A stretch of 64,000 bases of DNA. Source: an uncultured Spirochaetota bacterium (GTDB lineage: Bacteria; Spirochaetota; UBA4802; UBA5550). Below the pieces are notes generated by a model. The model worked only from the letters and a program-made list of their open reading frames with translations. It ran no database searches and was not told the origin of the DNA. Both the position numbers and the translations under genes were made by a program. The number at the start of each line of letters is the position of its first letter. The stretch's first letter is position 1. Below, one piece after another: positions 48,653 through 59,078 of this stretch. The DNA lies in the NCBI GenBank assembly GCA_963827275.1, contig CAWHAA010000009.1:96001-160000 (forward strand), given 5' to 3'.

Positions 48653-48977
48653 GGTGTCCTCCCCGTGTTTGTTGTATGGCGCGCCCCGCAGCCGGCGCCT
48701 CTCTCCGCATGTCATGCGTATATTCATACTATATAAAGACGGCCCCTTTTGTTCAACTAAAAATCCGGTGCGTGGTCTTTTTTGTGTTTCAAGCGTCCCG
48801 CCGTCCTGAAATAGCCCGAAAAAATACCGGTCCACCGACCCCCCGGGAAGTAATATTTTTGTTCCACTTCCGCGATAACCGGGGTCTAATAAAATAACGG
48901 ATATTGGGGAAAGCGTCCGGATTATATTTGACAGAAGTCAATAATGATATACAGATTAAAGCAGAGAGGAGTTGACA

Positions 48978-49355
48978 ATGAAAAGGGTGAAATTGACGGT
49001 ATCGGCGGCACTTGTCGCGTGTCTGGTCATCGCCGGGCAGGCGTACGCGGGGCCCCTCGAGCATTTCGAGAGCGCCCTGGTCTTCCTCCAGAAGGCGCGT
49101 ATCACCACGGCGGTGCAGGCCAGGAGCGATGACCTCAGGAAGGCGAAGGAGCAGCTCCTGCTGGCGAACTATGACAGGGGCGGGAACACGGTCGCGGCGC
49201 TGGGGTTCACCATGCAGGCAATCGCGAGCGTCAGCGAATTCAGGACCGACCAGGCGAACCGGCAGATCGACATGGCCATCGTCAAGGTGAAGCACACGGT
49301 CCTTGCGCTGAAGCAGGAGGCCGCCGTGAAAAGCAAGAGCGGCTCGGCCAGGTGA
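48978..49355 (+). CDS. Secreted helical hypothetical protein
   Basis: AGGAG RBS; signal peptide ending in AYA. Confidence 0.7.
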   Translation: MKRVKLTVSAALVACLVIAGQAYAGPLEHFESALVFLQKARITTAVQARSDDLRKAKEQLLLANYDRGGNTVAALGFTMQAIASVSEFRTDQANRQIDMAIVKVKHTVLALKQEAAVKSKSGSAR

Positions 49356-49371
49356 AGGGTGGTGACATGAC

Positions 49372-50094
49372 ATGAAAGCGGTCAAGATATTCATTGTTTT
49401 CACGGTAGTCGCGGTAACGGTGCTCCTGACGGCGAAGTACCTGAATTGCGGGTTCGTGAGGGATTACGCCGACGACAGGGACAGGAAGATACAGGAGATC
49501 AGGGACACGATCGCCGACCTCGAAAAGGACAGTATAAAAGACGAGAAGGCCCTGAACACCCTGGCCAGCCAGTACAGCCGCCTCGGCACGATCTATATAG
49601 AGAAGGGGCTCTGGGACCTGGCCATAGAGTACTATGAAAAGGCCATCAAGTACGGGAGGAACACCCCGGGCATCTACTATTCAGCGGGCCTGGCCTACGC
49701 GAACCGCGGCGCTGAAAAAAACAGCGGCGACGACTTCGAGCGGGCCGAGTCCCTGTACCGGAAGGCGGTGTCGCTCCAGGAGAGCTACTACGACGCGCAG
49801 AACGCCCTGGCGATACTCCTCTTCTATCACAGGGACGGGCAGGCTGAAGCCACCGGGATAATGGAAAAGGTGGTCTCGCGCAACAAGAAGAACTACATCG
49901 CGCGGTTCACCCTGGGGCGCTTTTACTACGAGCTGGGGAAGCTGCCCCAGGCCCTCTCCATCTACGAGGACCTGAACACCGATTTCGACAGGCTGCCGCC
50001 TTCGGAGATCATAAATGATTACAGGAAGAACGCGAGGGAAAACATACAGCGGATCATGTCAGAGATGAGGAAGGAGAAGGCGAAGGCCGAGTGA
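49372..50094 (+). CDS. Membrane-anchored TPR protein
   Basis: Repeated LG..Y...G....A...Y.KA patterns. Confidence 0.85.
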   Translation: MKAVKIFIVFTVVAVTVLLTAKYLNCGFVRDYADDRDRKIQEIRDTIADLEKDSIKDEKALNTLASQYSRLGTIYIEKGLWDLAIEYYEKAIKYGRNTPGIYYSAGLAYANRGAEKNSGDDFERAESLYRKAVSLQESYYDAQNALAILLFYHRDGQAEATGIMEKVVSRNKKNYIARFTLGRFYYELGKLPQALSIYEDLNTDFDRLPPSEIINDYRKNARENIQRIMSEMRKEKAKAE

Positions 50095-50100
50095 CCCGGC

Positions 50101-50886
50101 CTACCGCCATTCCTCGTCCGGAAGCGGCCGCGGGATCCTGCCGTCCTTCGATTTCTGCACAAAGTGCTCTTTCAGTATGACGATGTCGACCCGGCGGTTG
50201 TACGCCCTGCCCTGCGGGGTGGCGTTTACGTCGATGGGCCGGTATTCGCCGAAGGCCACGGATGAGAGCTGGGCGGGATTCACGTTCTCGTCATCCGCGA
50301 GGAAGTGGAGCACGTTCAGCGCCCGCGCGGAAGAGAGCTCCCAGTTCGTCCTGTAGAATTCCTTCGACTTCGGGACCGTCACCGGCGAGTTGTCGGTATG
50401 GCCCTCGATCCGTACGAAATTGTCCACGTTCTTCACTATCCTGGCGATCTTGCGCACCACCGGGCGCACCTCGCCCTTCAGCCGCGCCGATCCCGGATCG
50501 AAGAAGACGTCGCTGCTCAGGGTGATCACGAGCCCGCGCTCGTCCTCCATCACCCGCACCTCGCGCGCTTCGATCTCCGGCTTGAAGGCCTCGACCGCGC
50601 GCTTCAGCATCTGCGACATGTACTGCTGCTTCTGGCTGCTCGGCAGGGCGGTGATATTGTGCCCGAGCTCCATCATGTTCCCCTTGGAGATCGACTTGCC
50701 GCCCGCCATGATGCCGATGCTCCCCTTGAACGAGGAAAGCACGTACAGGAACTCATGCCCCCGCACCACGGTCTCATCGCCCATGAGGACGATGAAGAAG
50801 CAGAGGAGGAGCATGTTCATGTCCCCCAGCGTCTGCATCCACGGAGGTGACGGCCTCGGTTTTGATTTTTCCCTTTTACGGGCCAT
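50101..50886 (-). CDS. motB: Flagellar stator MotB (OmpA domain)
   Basis: WMQTLGDMNMLLLCFF (conserved Asp), EGHTD, NWELSSARA, NRRVDI. Confidence 0.93.
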   Translation of the reverse strand: MARKREKSKPRPSPPWMQTLGDMNMLLLCFFIVLMGDETVVRGHEFLYVLSSFKGSIGIMAGGKSISKGNMMELGHNITALPSSQKQQYMSQMLKRAVEAFKPEIEAREVRVMEDERGLVITLSSDVFFDPGSARLKGEVRPVVRKIARIVKNVDNFVRIEGHTDNSPVTVPKSKEFYRTNWELSSARALNVLHFLADDENVNPAQLSSVAFGEYRPIDVNATPQGRAYNRRVDIVILKEHFVQKSKDGRIPRPLPDEEWR

Positions 50887-50889
50887 GGG

Positions 50890-51669
50890 CTAGTCGCTCA
50901 CTTCCTCGCTGATCGCTTCCCGCATGTTCGGGGCAAGGAAGGATATCAGCTTGTCCTTGACGATGCGCGGGTTGTCCCCGGACTGTATGGAGAGGACGCC
51001 CATGAGGATGATAGACCGCATGAGCACCTCGTTGTTGGTCATGATGTCGAGGCGCGACGCCATCGGCTGGAACACCAGGTAACACATGATGGCGCCGTAC
51101 ATGGTGGTGATGATGGCCACGGCCAGGTAGGGGCCGATTGAGGCGCGGTCGCTCAGGTTGACCAGCATCATGACCAGGCCCATCAGGGTGCCGATCATAC
51201 CGAAGGCGGGCGCGAAGCCGGCCCAGTCGTCGAACATGCGCTTGTTGTCGTCATGGCGCATCACCATCTGGTCGATCTCGGTCTCCATGATGTTTTTCAC
51301 GAGCTCGGGGTCGGTGCCGTCCACGACGAGCTGGAGCCCTTTCTTCATGTAGGGGTCGTCCAGCTCCTCCAGGTCGTCTTCAAGCGCCAGGAGGCCCTCG
51401 CGGCGGGCCTTTTCGGAAAAGGACACGATCGTCACGATCAGTTCGCTCAGGTTATAGTTGGGGGGAAACAGGGCCACCCTGAACAGGGTCGGGATGTTCA
51501 AGAGCTGGGGCAAGGTGTAGCCGACCATCATGGCCGCGGCGCTGCCCCCGACGGTAATCATAACCGATGGGAGGTCATAGAATAGAAGGACGCTGCTTTT
51601 TGCGAATATAACACCGAGGATGAGGAATGTTAAACCCGCCACCATCCCGATAATCATCGTTATCTGCAT
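50890..51669 (-). CDS. motA: Flagellar stator MotA
   Basis: ARREGLLALE, GLQLVVDG, APAFGMIGTL, IQSGDNP. Confidence 0.95.
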   Translation of the reverse strand: MQITMIIGMVAGLTFLILGVIFAKSSVLLFYDLPSVMITVGGSAAAMMVGYTLPQLLNIPTLFRVALFPPNYNLSELIVTIVSFSEKARREGLLALEDDLEELDDPYMKKGLQLVVDGTDPELVKNIMETEIDQMVMRHDDNKRMFDDWAGFAPAFGMIGTLMGLVMMLVNLSDRASIGPYLAVAIITTMYGAIMCYLVFQPMASRLDIMTNNEVLMRSIILMGVLSIQSGDNPRIVKDKLISFLAPNMREAISEEVSD

Positions 51670-51802
51670 ATGATACCCCTGATACGAATGTCTATTTTAC
51701 TATTTCGGTATTTTTTATTCATTTAACGAATAATTTTTCCTGATACCGAAAACTGGACGAATTTATCCGTCAGATGAGCCGGCTCCCGCAACAATTTCCC
51801 AG

Positions 51803-51830
51803 ATTGTAGTATTTGGCGGGAAAATGTCAA
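51803..51830 (-). promoter_or_regulatory. Sigma70-type promoter for motAB
   Basis: TTGACA-N16-TACAAT on the minus strand, ~135 nt upstream of motA. Confidence 0.55.
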
Positions 51831-51924
51831 CAAATTCCCCTTTTTTGCACGATACCCGGCGCGCGCGGCTGTTTTCGCGGCCCGGGGATCGCATTCCGCT
51901 GGCGTGAGTGAGGAGCGTCGCGGC

Positions 51925-52809
51925 TCATCTGCCCTGATGCCGCTGTTCATCACCCACGATCAGCTGCAGCTTTGTAATCACCGTGTGCCTGACGGGATCG
52001 TCGGTGGACTGCTTCACGATGGTCATCGATTCCTCGACGCCCTTGATCAGGTGATCGATGCTGTCCGGTATGGAAAGATAGGTGATGGCGGCGGTGGTGA
52101 CCGTTATGGGCCACTTTTTGCCCGCCAGGACGCCGGTGACCGCCGACTGGAGCCTGCGGATGACGGTGGTGGACTGGCTGTAGTCCCCGCCGGGGAGCAG
52201 GATGGCGAACTCGTCGCCGCCGATCCTGGCCACGATGTCGGTGATACGAAGCGAGTCCTTCAGTGTCGCCGCGACCGACTGGAGCGCGCGGTCCCCGACC
52301 CTGTGGCCGAGCGCGTCGTTGAGCGATTCCAGGTCATCGATGTCCATGTACACGATGGTGAGGGGGACGCGGGCCCGGCGGCACCGCTCCATCTCCAGGA
52401 CGCCGTCCTCGTAGAAGGACCGGATGTTGTCGATGCCGGTCAGGTAGTCCTTTCGTATGAGGTCCCGCTCGGCTTCAATGTGCCGCCGGGTGTAGAAGAC
52501 CAGGCGCGCCACCGCAACGCAGACGATCAGGATGGTGAGGACGTCCCACGCGAGTGAAAGCGGGGCATCCGTGCCCGCCGCGGCCCGTACAGCGAGCTCA
52601 ACAGCGGCGGCGACGGCGCCCGTGGCCGTCCCCCATTTTTTCCCGATGGACCAGGAGGCGGCGGCGGTGACCGTGACATAGAACAGGAGCATGGAGACGC
52701 CGGGCGCGGCAAAATACTCAAATACGCCGATGCCGGCCAGTATGACGACATGCACGGGAAAGAGGATGGGAGCACGGCTCGTGGTTTCTTTGTGTATGGA
52801 TCGTCTCAT
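51925..52809 (-). CDS. Membrane-bound diguanylate cyclase
   Basis: N-terminal TMs; DYLTG, ND.LGH.VGD, RIGGDEF. Confidence 0.92.
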   Translation of the reverse strand: MRRSIHKETTSRAPILFPVHVVILAGIGVFEYFAAPGVSMLLFYVTVTAAASWSIGKKWGTATGAVAAAVELAVRAAAGTDAPLSLAWDVLTILIVCVAVARLVFYTRRHIEAERDLIRKDYLTGIDNIRSFYEDGVLEMERCRRARVPLTIVYMDIDDLESLNDALGHRVGDRALQSVAATLKDSLRITDIVARIGGDEFAILLPGGDYSQSTTVIRRLQSAVTGVLAGKKWPITVTTAAITYLSIPDSIDHLIKGVEESMTIVKQSTDDPVRHTVITKLQLIVGDEQRHQGR

Positions 52810-53031
52810 TGTTTTATCGCTGCCGGCGATACGGATTGTCCTCTATTGTATTCAATACAGGAAATGTTTCAATAACAAAAATACCTTTGTTATGAAATTA
52901 TTCACGGGTGGTGCGCCGCGCCGGTGCTCCGGTATATGCACCGGCAGGCCCGCAATCCGGAGGTTTGTAAATCCCTTGACAGTCTGAGCGGGATGCATAT
53001 AAATCCCATGAATACCGCAAATGAGCTCTAA

Positions 53032-53418
53032 ATGCTGAAATTCAAATCCGTATATGATCCGATTGCGCCTTCGGACGGCCTGCGCATACTGGCGACGCGC
53101 TTCCGCGGGCACGGGATGAAGGCCGACCGCTACGACATCTGGATGCCCAGCCTGGGGCCGTCGGAGGAGCTTTTAAGAAACATGCTCGGCGGGACGATCG
53201 CCTGGAAGGATTTCGCGAAAGCGTACAGGGAAGAGGTGCTGGCGTCCGAGGCCATTGACAAAAAGAACAGGACCATACTGAACCACGGGCAGAAGTTTAC
53301 GCTGCGGCTCGTTAAAAAACTCGCGGAGAAGCGGAACGTGACCATCATGTGCCACTGCGCGACCGGCGAGGAACATTGCCACCTGCGGGTGATGGAAAAG
53401 ATCATCAGGGGGATATGA
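53032..53418 (+). CDS. DUF488 family protein
   Basis: KSVYD...DGLRIL, W...LGPS.EL, F...Y..E, C-terminal C..HCH. Confidence 0.8.
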   Translation: MLKFKSVYDPIAPSDGLRILATRFRGHGMKADRYDIWMPSLGPSEELLRNMLGGTIAWKDFAKAYREEVLASEAIDKKNRTILNHGQKFTLRLVKKLAEKRNVTIMCHCATGEEHCHLRVMEKIIRGI

Positions 53419-53627
53419 ACGCGGGGAGCGGGTTCGCGGCGCGCCTCCCCATCAAGTCATATCCAATGTATCCATGCGCCGGCAGATCGAACAACGCATG
53501 ATATGCGCTGCCGCATGAAATCCACATGCGGATGACGGGGAGAAGGGACCGGCCTCCGGGCGGGGGAGGCCGGCGCCGTCCTCCACCCGGGGTCCTCAAG
53601 CAATCGATACGCGATAGTGTCCCCGGA

Positions 53628-56553
53628 CTACCAGCATACAAGAAAGCACGTTGACTGGACCTTTGACTCCACCGAATAGCCGTAGGAGTTTTCCGCCACG
53701 ACGATTATCTTGTAGGATACCCCGCCGGCCAGGCTGTTGAATTGATAGCTGCCCGTGGATACGTCCTTCGGGCCCTGCAGGGCGTTGTACACGTTCCCTC
53801 CTGACGCGTAGATGACGCCGTTGAGGCCGATATACGCCCGCACCGTCGGCGCGGGGTTGCCGGCCGTGGAGAAGGTCGGCCGCGCGACTGTTATCGAATT
53901 GGTATCGTAATCGGATATGGACAGGCCGTTTAATACCGGCGCCACGCCCGTGGTGCTCTGGACTATCTGCTGTACCGAATACCCGGCGCCGTTTTCCGCC
54001 ACGACGATTATCTTGTACGCCGTATTGGTACTCAACCCGCTGAACTGGTACCCGCCCGTGGAGACGTCCCTCGGGCCCTGCGTGTACCCGTACACTATGC
54101 CGGACAACACCCCGATGATGCCGTCGATGCCGATGTACGCCCGCACCGTCGGCGCGGGGTTGCCGGCCGTGGATAATGTCGGCCGCGCGATGGTTATCGA
54201 GCCTGAGTCAAATGCCGATACCGACAGGCTGTTCAGCACCGGGGCTATGCCCGCCGTGCCCTGGATGATCTGCTGCGTCGAATACCCGGCGCTGTTCTGC
54301 GCCACGACGATTATTTTGTACGTGGTGCCGGTGCCCAGGCCGCTGAACTGGTATCCGCCCGCGGACACGTCGACCGGGCCCTGGAGCGCGCCGCTCACCG
54401 CCGCGCCGGTAAGCGTGATGGTGCCATTGAGCCCGATGTACGCCTGTACCGTCGGCGTCGGGTTGCCTGCCGTGGAGAAGGTCGGCTGCGCGACGGTTAT
54501 CGAACCCGTATCGAAGCTGGATACGGAGAGGCTGTTCAACACCGGCGCCGCCGGCGCGTGCGCCGTGCCCTGGTTTATCAGCTGCACGGAATAGCCGATG
54601 CTGTTTTTCGCGACAACGATGATCGTGTATGATGTCGCGTCGTTCAGGCCGCTGAACTGGTATCCGCCGGCGGATACGTCTGCCGGTTCCTGCAGGTAGC
54701 CGTACACCGTTCCGCTTAACACCGTGATGAGGCCGTTGTACCCTATGAAGGCCCGCACCGTCGGCGCCGGGTTGCCGGCGGTGGAGAAGGTCGGCTGCGC
54801 GATGGTTATCGAATCGTCGTCAAAGCCGGAGATGGACAGGCTGTTCATTACCGGCGCCATGCCCGTGGTGCCCTGGATGATCTGCTGCACTGAATACCCG
54901 GCGTTGTTCTGCGCCACGATGATTATTTTATACGTCGTATCGGCGCGCCAGGCCGCTGAACTGGTAGCCGCCCGAGGAGACGTCGACCGGGCCCTGGAGC
55001 GCGCCGCTCACCGCCGCGCCTGACGCCACGATGGTGTCATTGAGCCCGATGTAGGCCTGTACCGACGGCGCCGGGTTGCCGGCGGTGGAGAAGGCCGGCT
55101 GCGCGACGCTTATCGAACCCGTATCGAAACCGGAGATGGAGAGGCTGTTCAACACCGGCGCCATGCCCGCCGTGCCCTGGACTATCTGCTGCACGGAATA
55201 GCCGGAGCTGTTTATCGCCGTGACGATTATTTTATACGCCGTATTGGTGCTCAACCCGCTGAACTGAAACCCGCCCTGGGACACGTCTATCGGACCCTGG
55301 ATCGCGCCGCTCACGGCCGAGCCGGAAACCGAGATGATGTCATTGAGCCCGATGTACGCCTGTACCGCCGGCGTCGGGGTGCCGGCCGTGGAGAAGGCCG
55401 GCTGCGCGAGCGTTATCGAGCCGGTATCAAAGGCGGATACGGACAGGCTGCTCAGCACCGGCGCTGCCGGCGCGCCCTCCGTGCTCTGGGCTATCTGGCG
55501 CGTTGAATACCCGATGCTGTTTTTCGCGACGACAACGACCATGTACGATGTCCCCACGTCCAGGCCGCTGAACTGGTAGCCGCCCGTGGACACGTCGATC
55601 GGGCCCTGGAGCGCGCCGTTCACCGTCTGGCCGAACACCGACATGGAGCCGTTACGCCCGATGTACGCCTCTACCGTCGGCGCGGGGTTGCCGGCGGTGG
55701 AGAAGGTCGGCTGCGCGATGCTTATCGAACCCGTATCGAAGCCGGTTACGGAGAGGCTGTTTAAGAGCGGCGCTATGCCCGCCGTGCCCTGGATGATCTG
55801 CTGCACCGAATACCCGGCGTTATTTTCCGCCACGACAATTATCTTGTAGGTGTTATTGGGCGTCAGGCCCCAGAAAGAGCCGTCGTACGCGGACACGTCC
55901 AGCGGGCCCTGGAGCGCGCCGCTCACCGTTGAACCCGACACCGAGATGGTGTCGCTGAGCCCGATGTACGCCTGTACCGCGGGCGCCGGCTTGCCGGCCG
56001 TGGAGAAGGTCGGCTGCGCGACGGTTATCGAATACGCGTCGGAATATGATATCGACAGGCTGTTCATTACCGGCGCTATCTCGCTCGTGCGCTGCATGAT
56101 CTGCCGTATCGAGTACCCGGCGGTGTTATGCGCCTCGACGAGTATCGTGTAGGTCGTTCCCTCGGTGAGCCCCTTGAATTCACATCCGGACATGGATACG
56201 TCGACCGGGCCCTGCAGGGTGTCGTAGATAAACGAGCCGATGACCCACACGGAATTGCTGAGCCCGATATACGCGTGCAGCGTGGGCTCGGGATCGCCGG
56301 CGGTCGAGAGGGTCGGCCGCGCGATCGTGATTGAATTCGATCCTGAACCCGTGATCACCAGGTTGTTCAGGACGGGCGCGGTGCCGGCGCCGAAAATGAC
56401 CTCGACGAGGCGATCAACATACGACATGAGCAATAATGTCGACATCGTGGAACCGGAATCTTCCTGAGGCTTGGTCGTGTTAGGGTTGTTGCATGCAAGC
56501 GAGAATGCCAGCATGACAGCGGCAATAATAAAAAGAGTGCGTTGTCTTTTCAT
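53628..56553 (-). CDS. Large surface lipoprotein with nine ~100-aa Fn3/Ig-like repeats, split by a frameshift near 54940
   Basis: LAC lipobox; repeat unit APVLNSLS...PTFSTAGNPAPTV.AYIG...GPVDVS.GGYQFSGL...Y.IIVVA.N..GYS continues across the two ORFs. Confidence 0.85.
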
Positions 56554-56872
56554 GGTGTGTGCTCCAGGGCTGTAATGAATTGCAATGCGAACGTATGGCG
56601 CAATATCAGATATTAAAATTTAAAATAGAGGCGCCATGGTAGCACACTATGCGTTGTATATCTTGCACCAATGTGATATATCAGGAAATGGCCGGTATTA
56701 ATGTTGTTTCAGGGATTGGAACAGGCCGCCGGGGAGAGAGAACTATACATTCGAAGATATTCTATATATTTTATATTTACCTGTCAGCGCGCCTGCCAAT
56801 TCCCTGCATGGCCGCGCCCGGCCGCAGGCTTCACGGGGTGCCGTCGTGGAACGGTCACCGGTGTATGGTATA

Positions 56873-58039
56873 TCAGTACCAGAGCACGCGGTTGTTCCCG
56901 GCGTCAACGATATAGAGCCCGCTTGAATCGACCGCCAGCCCCATCGGTCCGCTGAGGCTTGTGGCGCTCGGAAACAGCGGCGTGCCGTTGTTGAGGTAAT
57001 TCGTGGTAAAATCGCCGGATTGACCGTACACGCGCGCTGCAGTCGTGCCGGCGCCCGGATAGAAGAGCACGCGGTTGTTGGCGAAATCGGAGATATAGAG
57101 GCCGTTTGCGGCAAGCGCCAGCCCGCTGGGCCGGTTCAGGCTGTCCGCGCTGATCCCGCCGTTGTTGGGTGTGCTCGCCAGGAAGCTGCCGAACTGGCCG
57201 TACACGCGCGACGCGGTCGTGCCGGCGCCGGAATAGAAGAGCACGCGATGGTTTCCGTAATCCGAGATGTAAATGCCGTCCGCGGCAACGGCGATTGAGT
57301 TGGGATGGCTCAGGCTGTCGGCGCTGACCCCGCCGTTGTTCTCGCCGTTCGTGGTGTAGCCGCCTGCCTGTCCGTACACGCGCGAGGCGGTCGTGCTCGT
57401 GCCGGCATAGTACAACACGCGGTTGTTGTCCGCGTCGGCGATATAGACGCCGCCCGCGTCAACAGCGACGCCGACGGGCCCGCTCAGGCTGGCAGCGCCG
57501 AGACCGCCGTTGTTCTCGTCGTTCGTGGTGAAGCCGCCTGCCTGTCCGTACACGCGCGAGGCGGTCGTGCTCGTGCCGGCATAATACAGGACGCGGTTGT
57601 TGTCCGCGTCAGCGATATAGACGCCGCCCGCGCTGACAGCGACCCCGGCAGGCGAATTCAGGCTGTTCGCGCTGATGCCGCCGTTATTGGCCAGCATTGA
57701 AGTGAAGCTGCCAGACTGCCCGTACACGCGCGACGCGGACGTGCTGCCGCCCTCGTAAAACAGGACGCGGTTGTTGGACCTGTCAACGATATACACCCCG
57801 TCAGCGCTGACCGCCGTGTCACAGGGCAGGAACAGGCTGTTTGTTCCCGGGAGGAGATTGCCGTTGTTTATGTAATTCGTGGCGAAGCTGCCCATCTGTC
57901 CGTACACGCGGCGGGCGGTCGTGGACGGGAAGAGGGACGGGGCTACCGGGACGATCTGCCGGTCGATTACATCCGTATAGATATCGCCGCATCCCAGCGC
58001 GGCAAAGGCCAGCAGTATGATTCTGATTGCCTGTTTCAT
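56873..58039 (-). CDS. NHL-repeat beta-propeller lipoprotein
   Basis: ALGC lipobox; six repeats of SL..P.GVAV...GVYIAD..NNRVL.Y......A.RVYGQ. Confidence 0.9.
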   Translation of the reverse strand: MKQAIRIILLAFAALGCGDIYTDVIDRQIVPVAPSLFPSTTARRVYGQMGSFATNYINNGNLLPGTNSLFLPCDTAVSADGVYIVDRSNNRVLFYEGGSTSASRVYGQSGSFTSMLANNGGISANSLNSPAGVAVSAGGVYIADADNNRVLYYAGTSTTASRVYGQAGGFTTNDENNGGLGAASLSGPVGVAVDAGGVYIADADNNRVLYYAGTSTTASRVYGQAGGYTTNGENNGGVSADSLSHPNSIAVAADGIYISDYGNHRVLFYSGAGTTASRVYGQFGSFLASTPNNGGISADSLNRPSGLALAANGLYISDFANNRVLFYPGAGTTAARVYGQSGDFTTNYLNNGTPLFPSATSLSGPMGLAVDSSGLYIVDAGNNRVLWY

Positions 58040-58068
58040 GAGATATGCCCTGTAAAAACGGTCTCCTG

Positions 58069-59058
58069 TCACAATCTGACGCCAGCGGCGAAGTATATCG
58101 AGATGAGGCTCATCACCCCCGTTGTTTCCGCGATCCCGGCATAGTCCGCTTCCATGCCCGCGAACACGAGGCTGTTGATGCGATAGGAAACGCCGGCCCC
58201 GAACGCGAACATGAACTCGACGCCGCGTTCTGTCGTATAGCGGGGCTTGAAGTAGAGCGCTGCCGGCCCGGCCCTTTTCACCGCATGGTAGCTCCCTCCC
58301 AGACGGACCCTCGGCTCAATCACGAAATTGTCCCGCACCGTAAATCGATAGGTCATGCCTGCCATGAACGGAACGATGTCCGCGTACCGCGATTTGTTCG
58401 TGCTCCCGTGCAGCCAGGCGTATCCGGACTCGATGCCCAGGCCGATGCCGGGGTAAAAACAATTGTCAATAGAGACGCGGACAGTGACGCCCGCGCCGCA
58501 ATCGTAGATGCGCGCTAATTTACCCACCGGGATGAGGACGCCCGCGCCTGCTGTAATGACCAGGTATCGCGTGAGCCCGGTGTGGGGCAGGAAGCCGTTG
58601 CCGCGGAGCGGTATGCCGTATGCCCCCTCGTGCGGGACTCTTCCCCCTGGACCGGCGGATTTTTCCCGTGCGATGTATGACACGTCGGTACGCCTGATCG
58701 TGAACTCTTTGGGCTTTCTGATGTCCGCGCGTACCGTGTAATTTTCCTGGTCTTCCTCCACTACGTGGCCCTCGAGAATCGTGCCGTCGGTCTTATAAAT
58801 ATACACCCTGCCGAGGTATAATTTTGTATAGAGAACGCGCATGATGTTTTTTCTGAAGAAAATTTTTTCCCCGCCGCCTTCCAGGCGCACGGTGTATGCT
58901 TCGGGGGTCTCGTCCACTATTTTGCATTTGACGATTGAGCCGTCTTTGAGGAAGACATGCTCGGCGGATAATTGCCCGCACGGGGCCAGCACAATAAACA
59001 GAGCCACTAGTAAAGCATAGCGAGGCATCGCACCCTTCACAATTTCCATAACTGGCAA
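58069..59058 (-). CDS. Outer-membrane beta-barrel protein with two small N-terminal beta domains
   Basis: Signal peptide; VFLKDGSIVKCKI and IYKTDGTILEGHV repeats; amphipathic strands ending AGVRL. Confidence 0.7.
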   Translation of the reverse strand: MPVMEIVKGAMPRYALLVALFIVLAPCGQLSAEHVFLKDGSIVKCKIVDETPEAYTVRLEGGGEKIFFRKNIMRVLYTKLYLGRVYIYKTDGTILEGHVVEEDQENYTVRADIRKPKEFTIRRTDVSYIAREKSAGPGGRVPHEGAYGIPLRGNGFLPHTGLTRYLVITAGAGVLIPVGKLARIYDCGAGVTVRVSIDNCFYPGIGLGIESGYAWLHGSTNKSRYADIVPFMAGMTYRFTVRDNFVIEPRVRLGGSYHAVKRAGPAALYFKPRYTTERGVEFMFAFGAGVSYRINSLVFAGMEADYAGIAETTGVMSLISIYFAAGVRL

Positions 59059-59078
59059 TAATCAGCTGTAATAATTTG

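Noticed and set aside
50101..51669. Zorya ZorAB defence system
   Set aside because: MotA has normal length without the long ZorA tail, and no zorC/D/E genes are adjacent.
53628..58039. Diversity-generating retroelement or DNA repeat array
   Set aside because: The repeats are in-frame protein domain repeats; no reverse transcriptase or adenine-specific TR/VR pair is seen.
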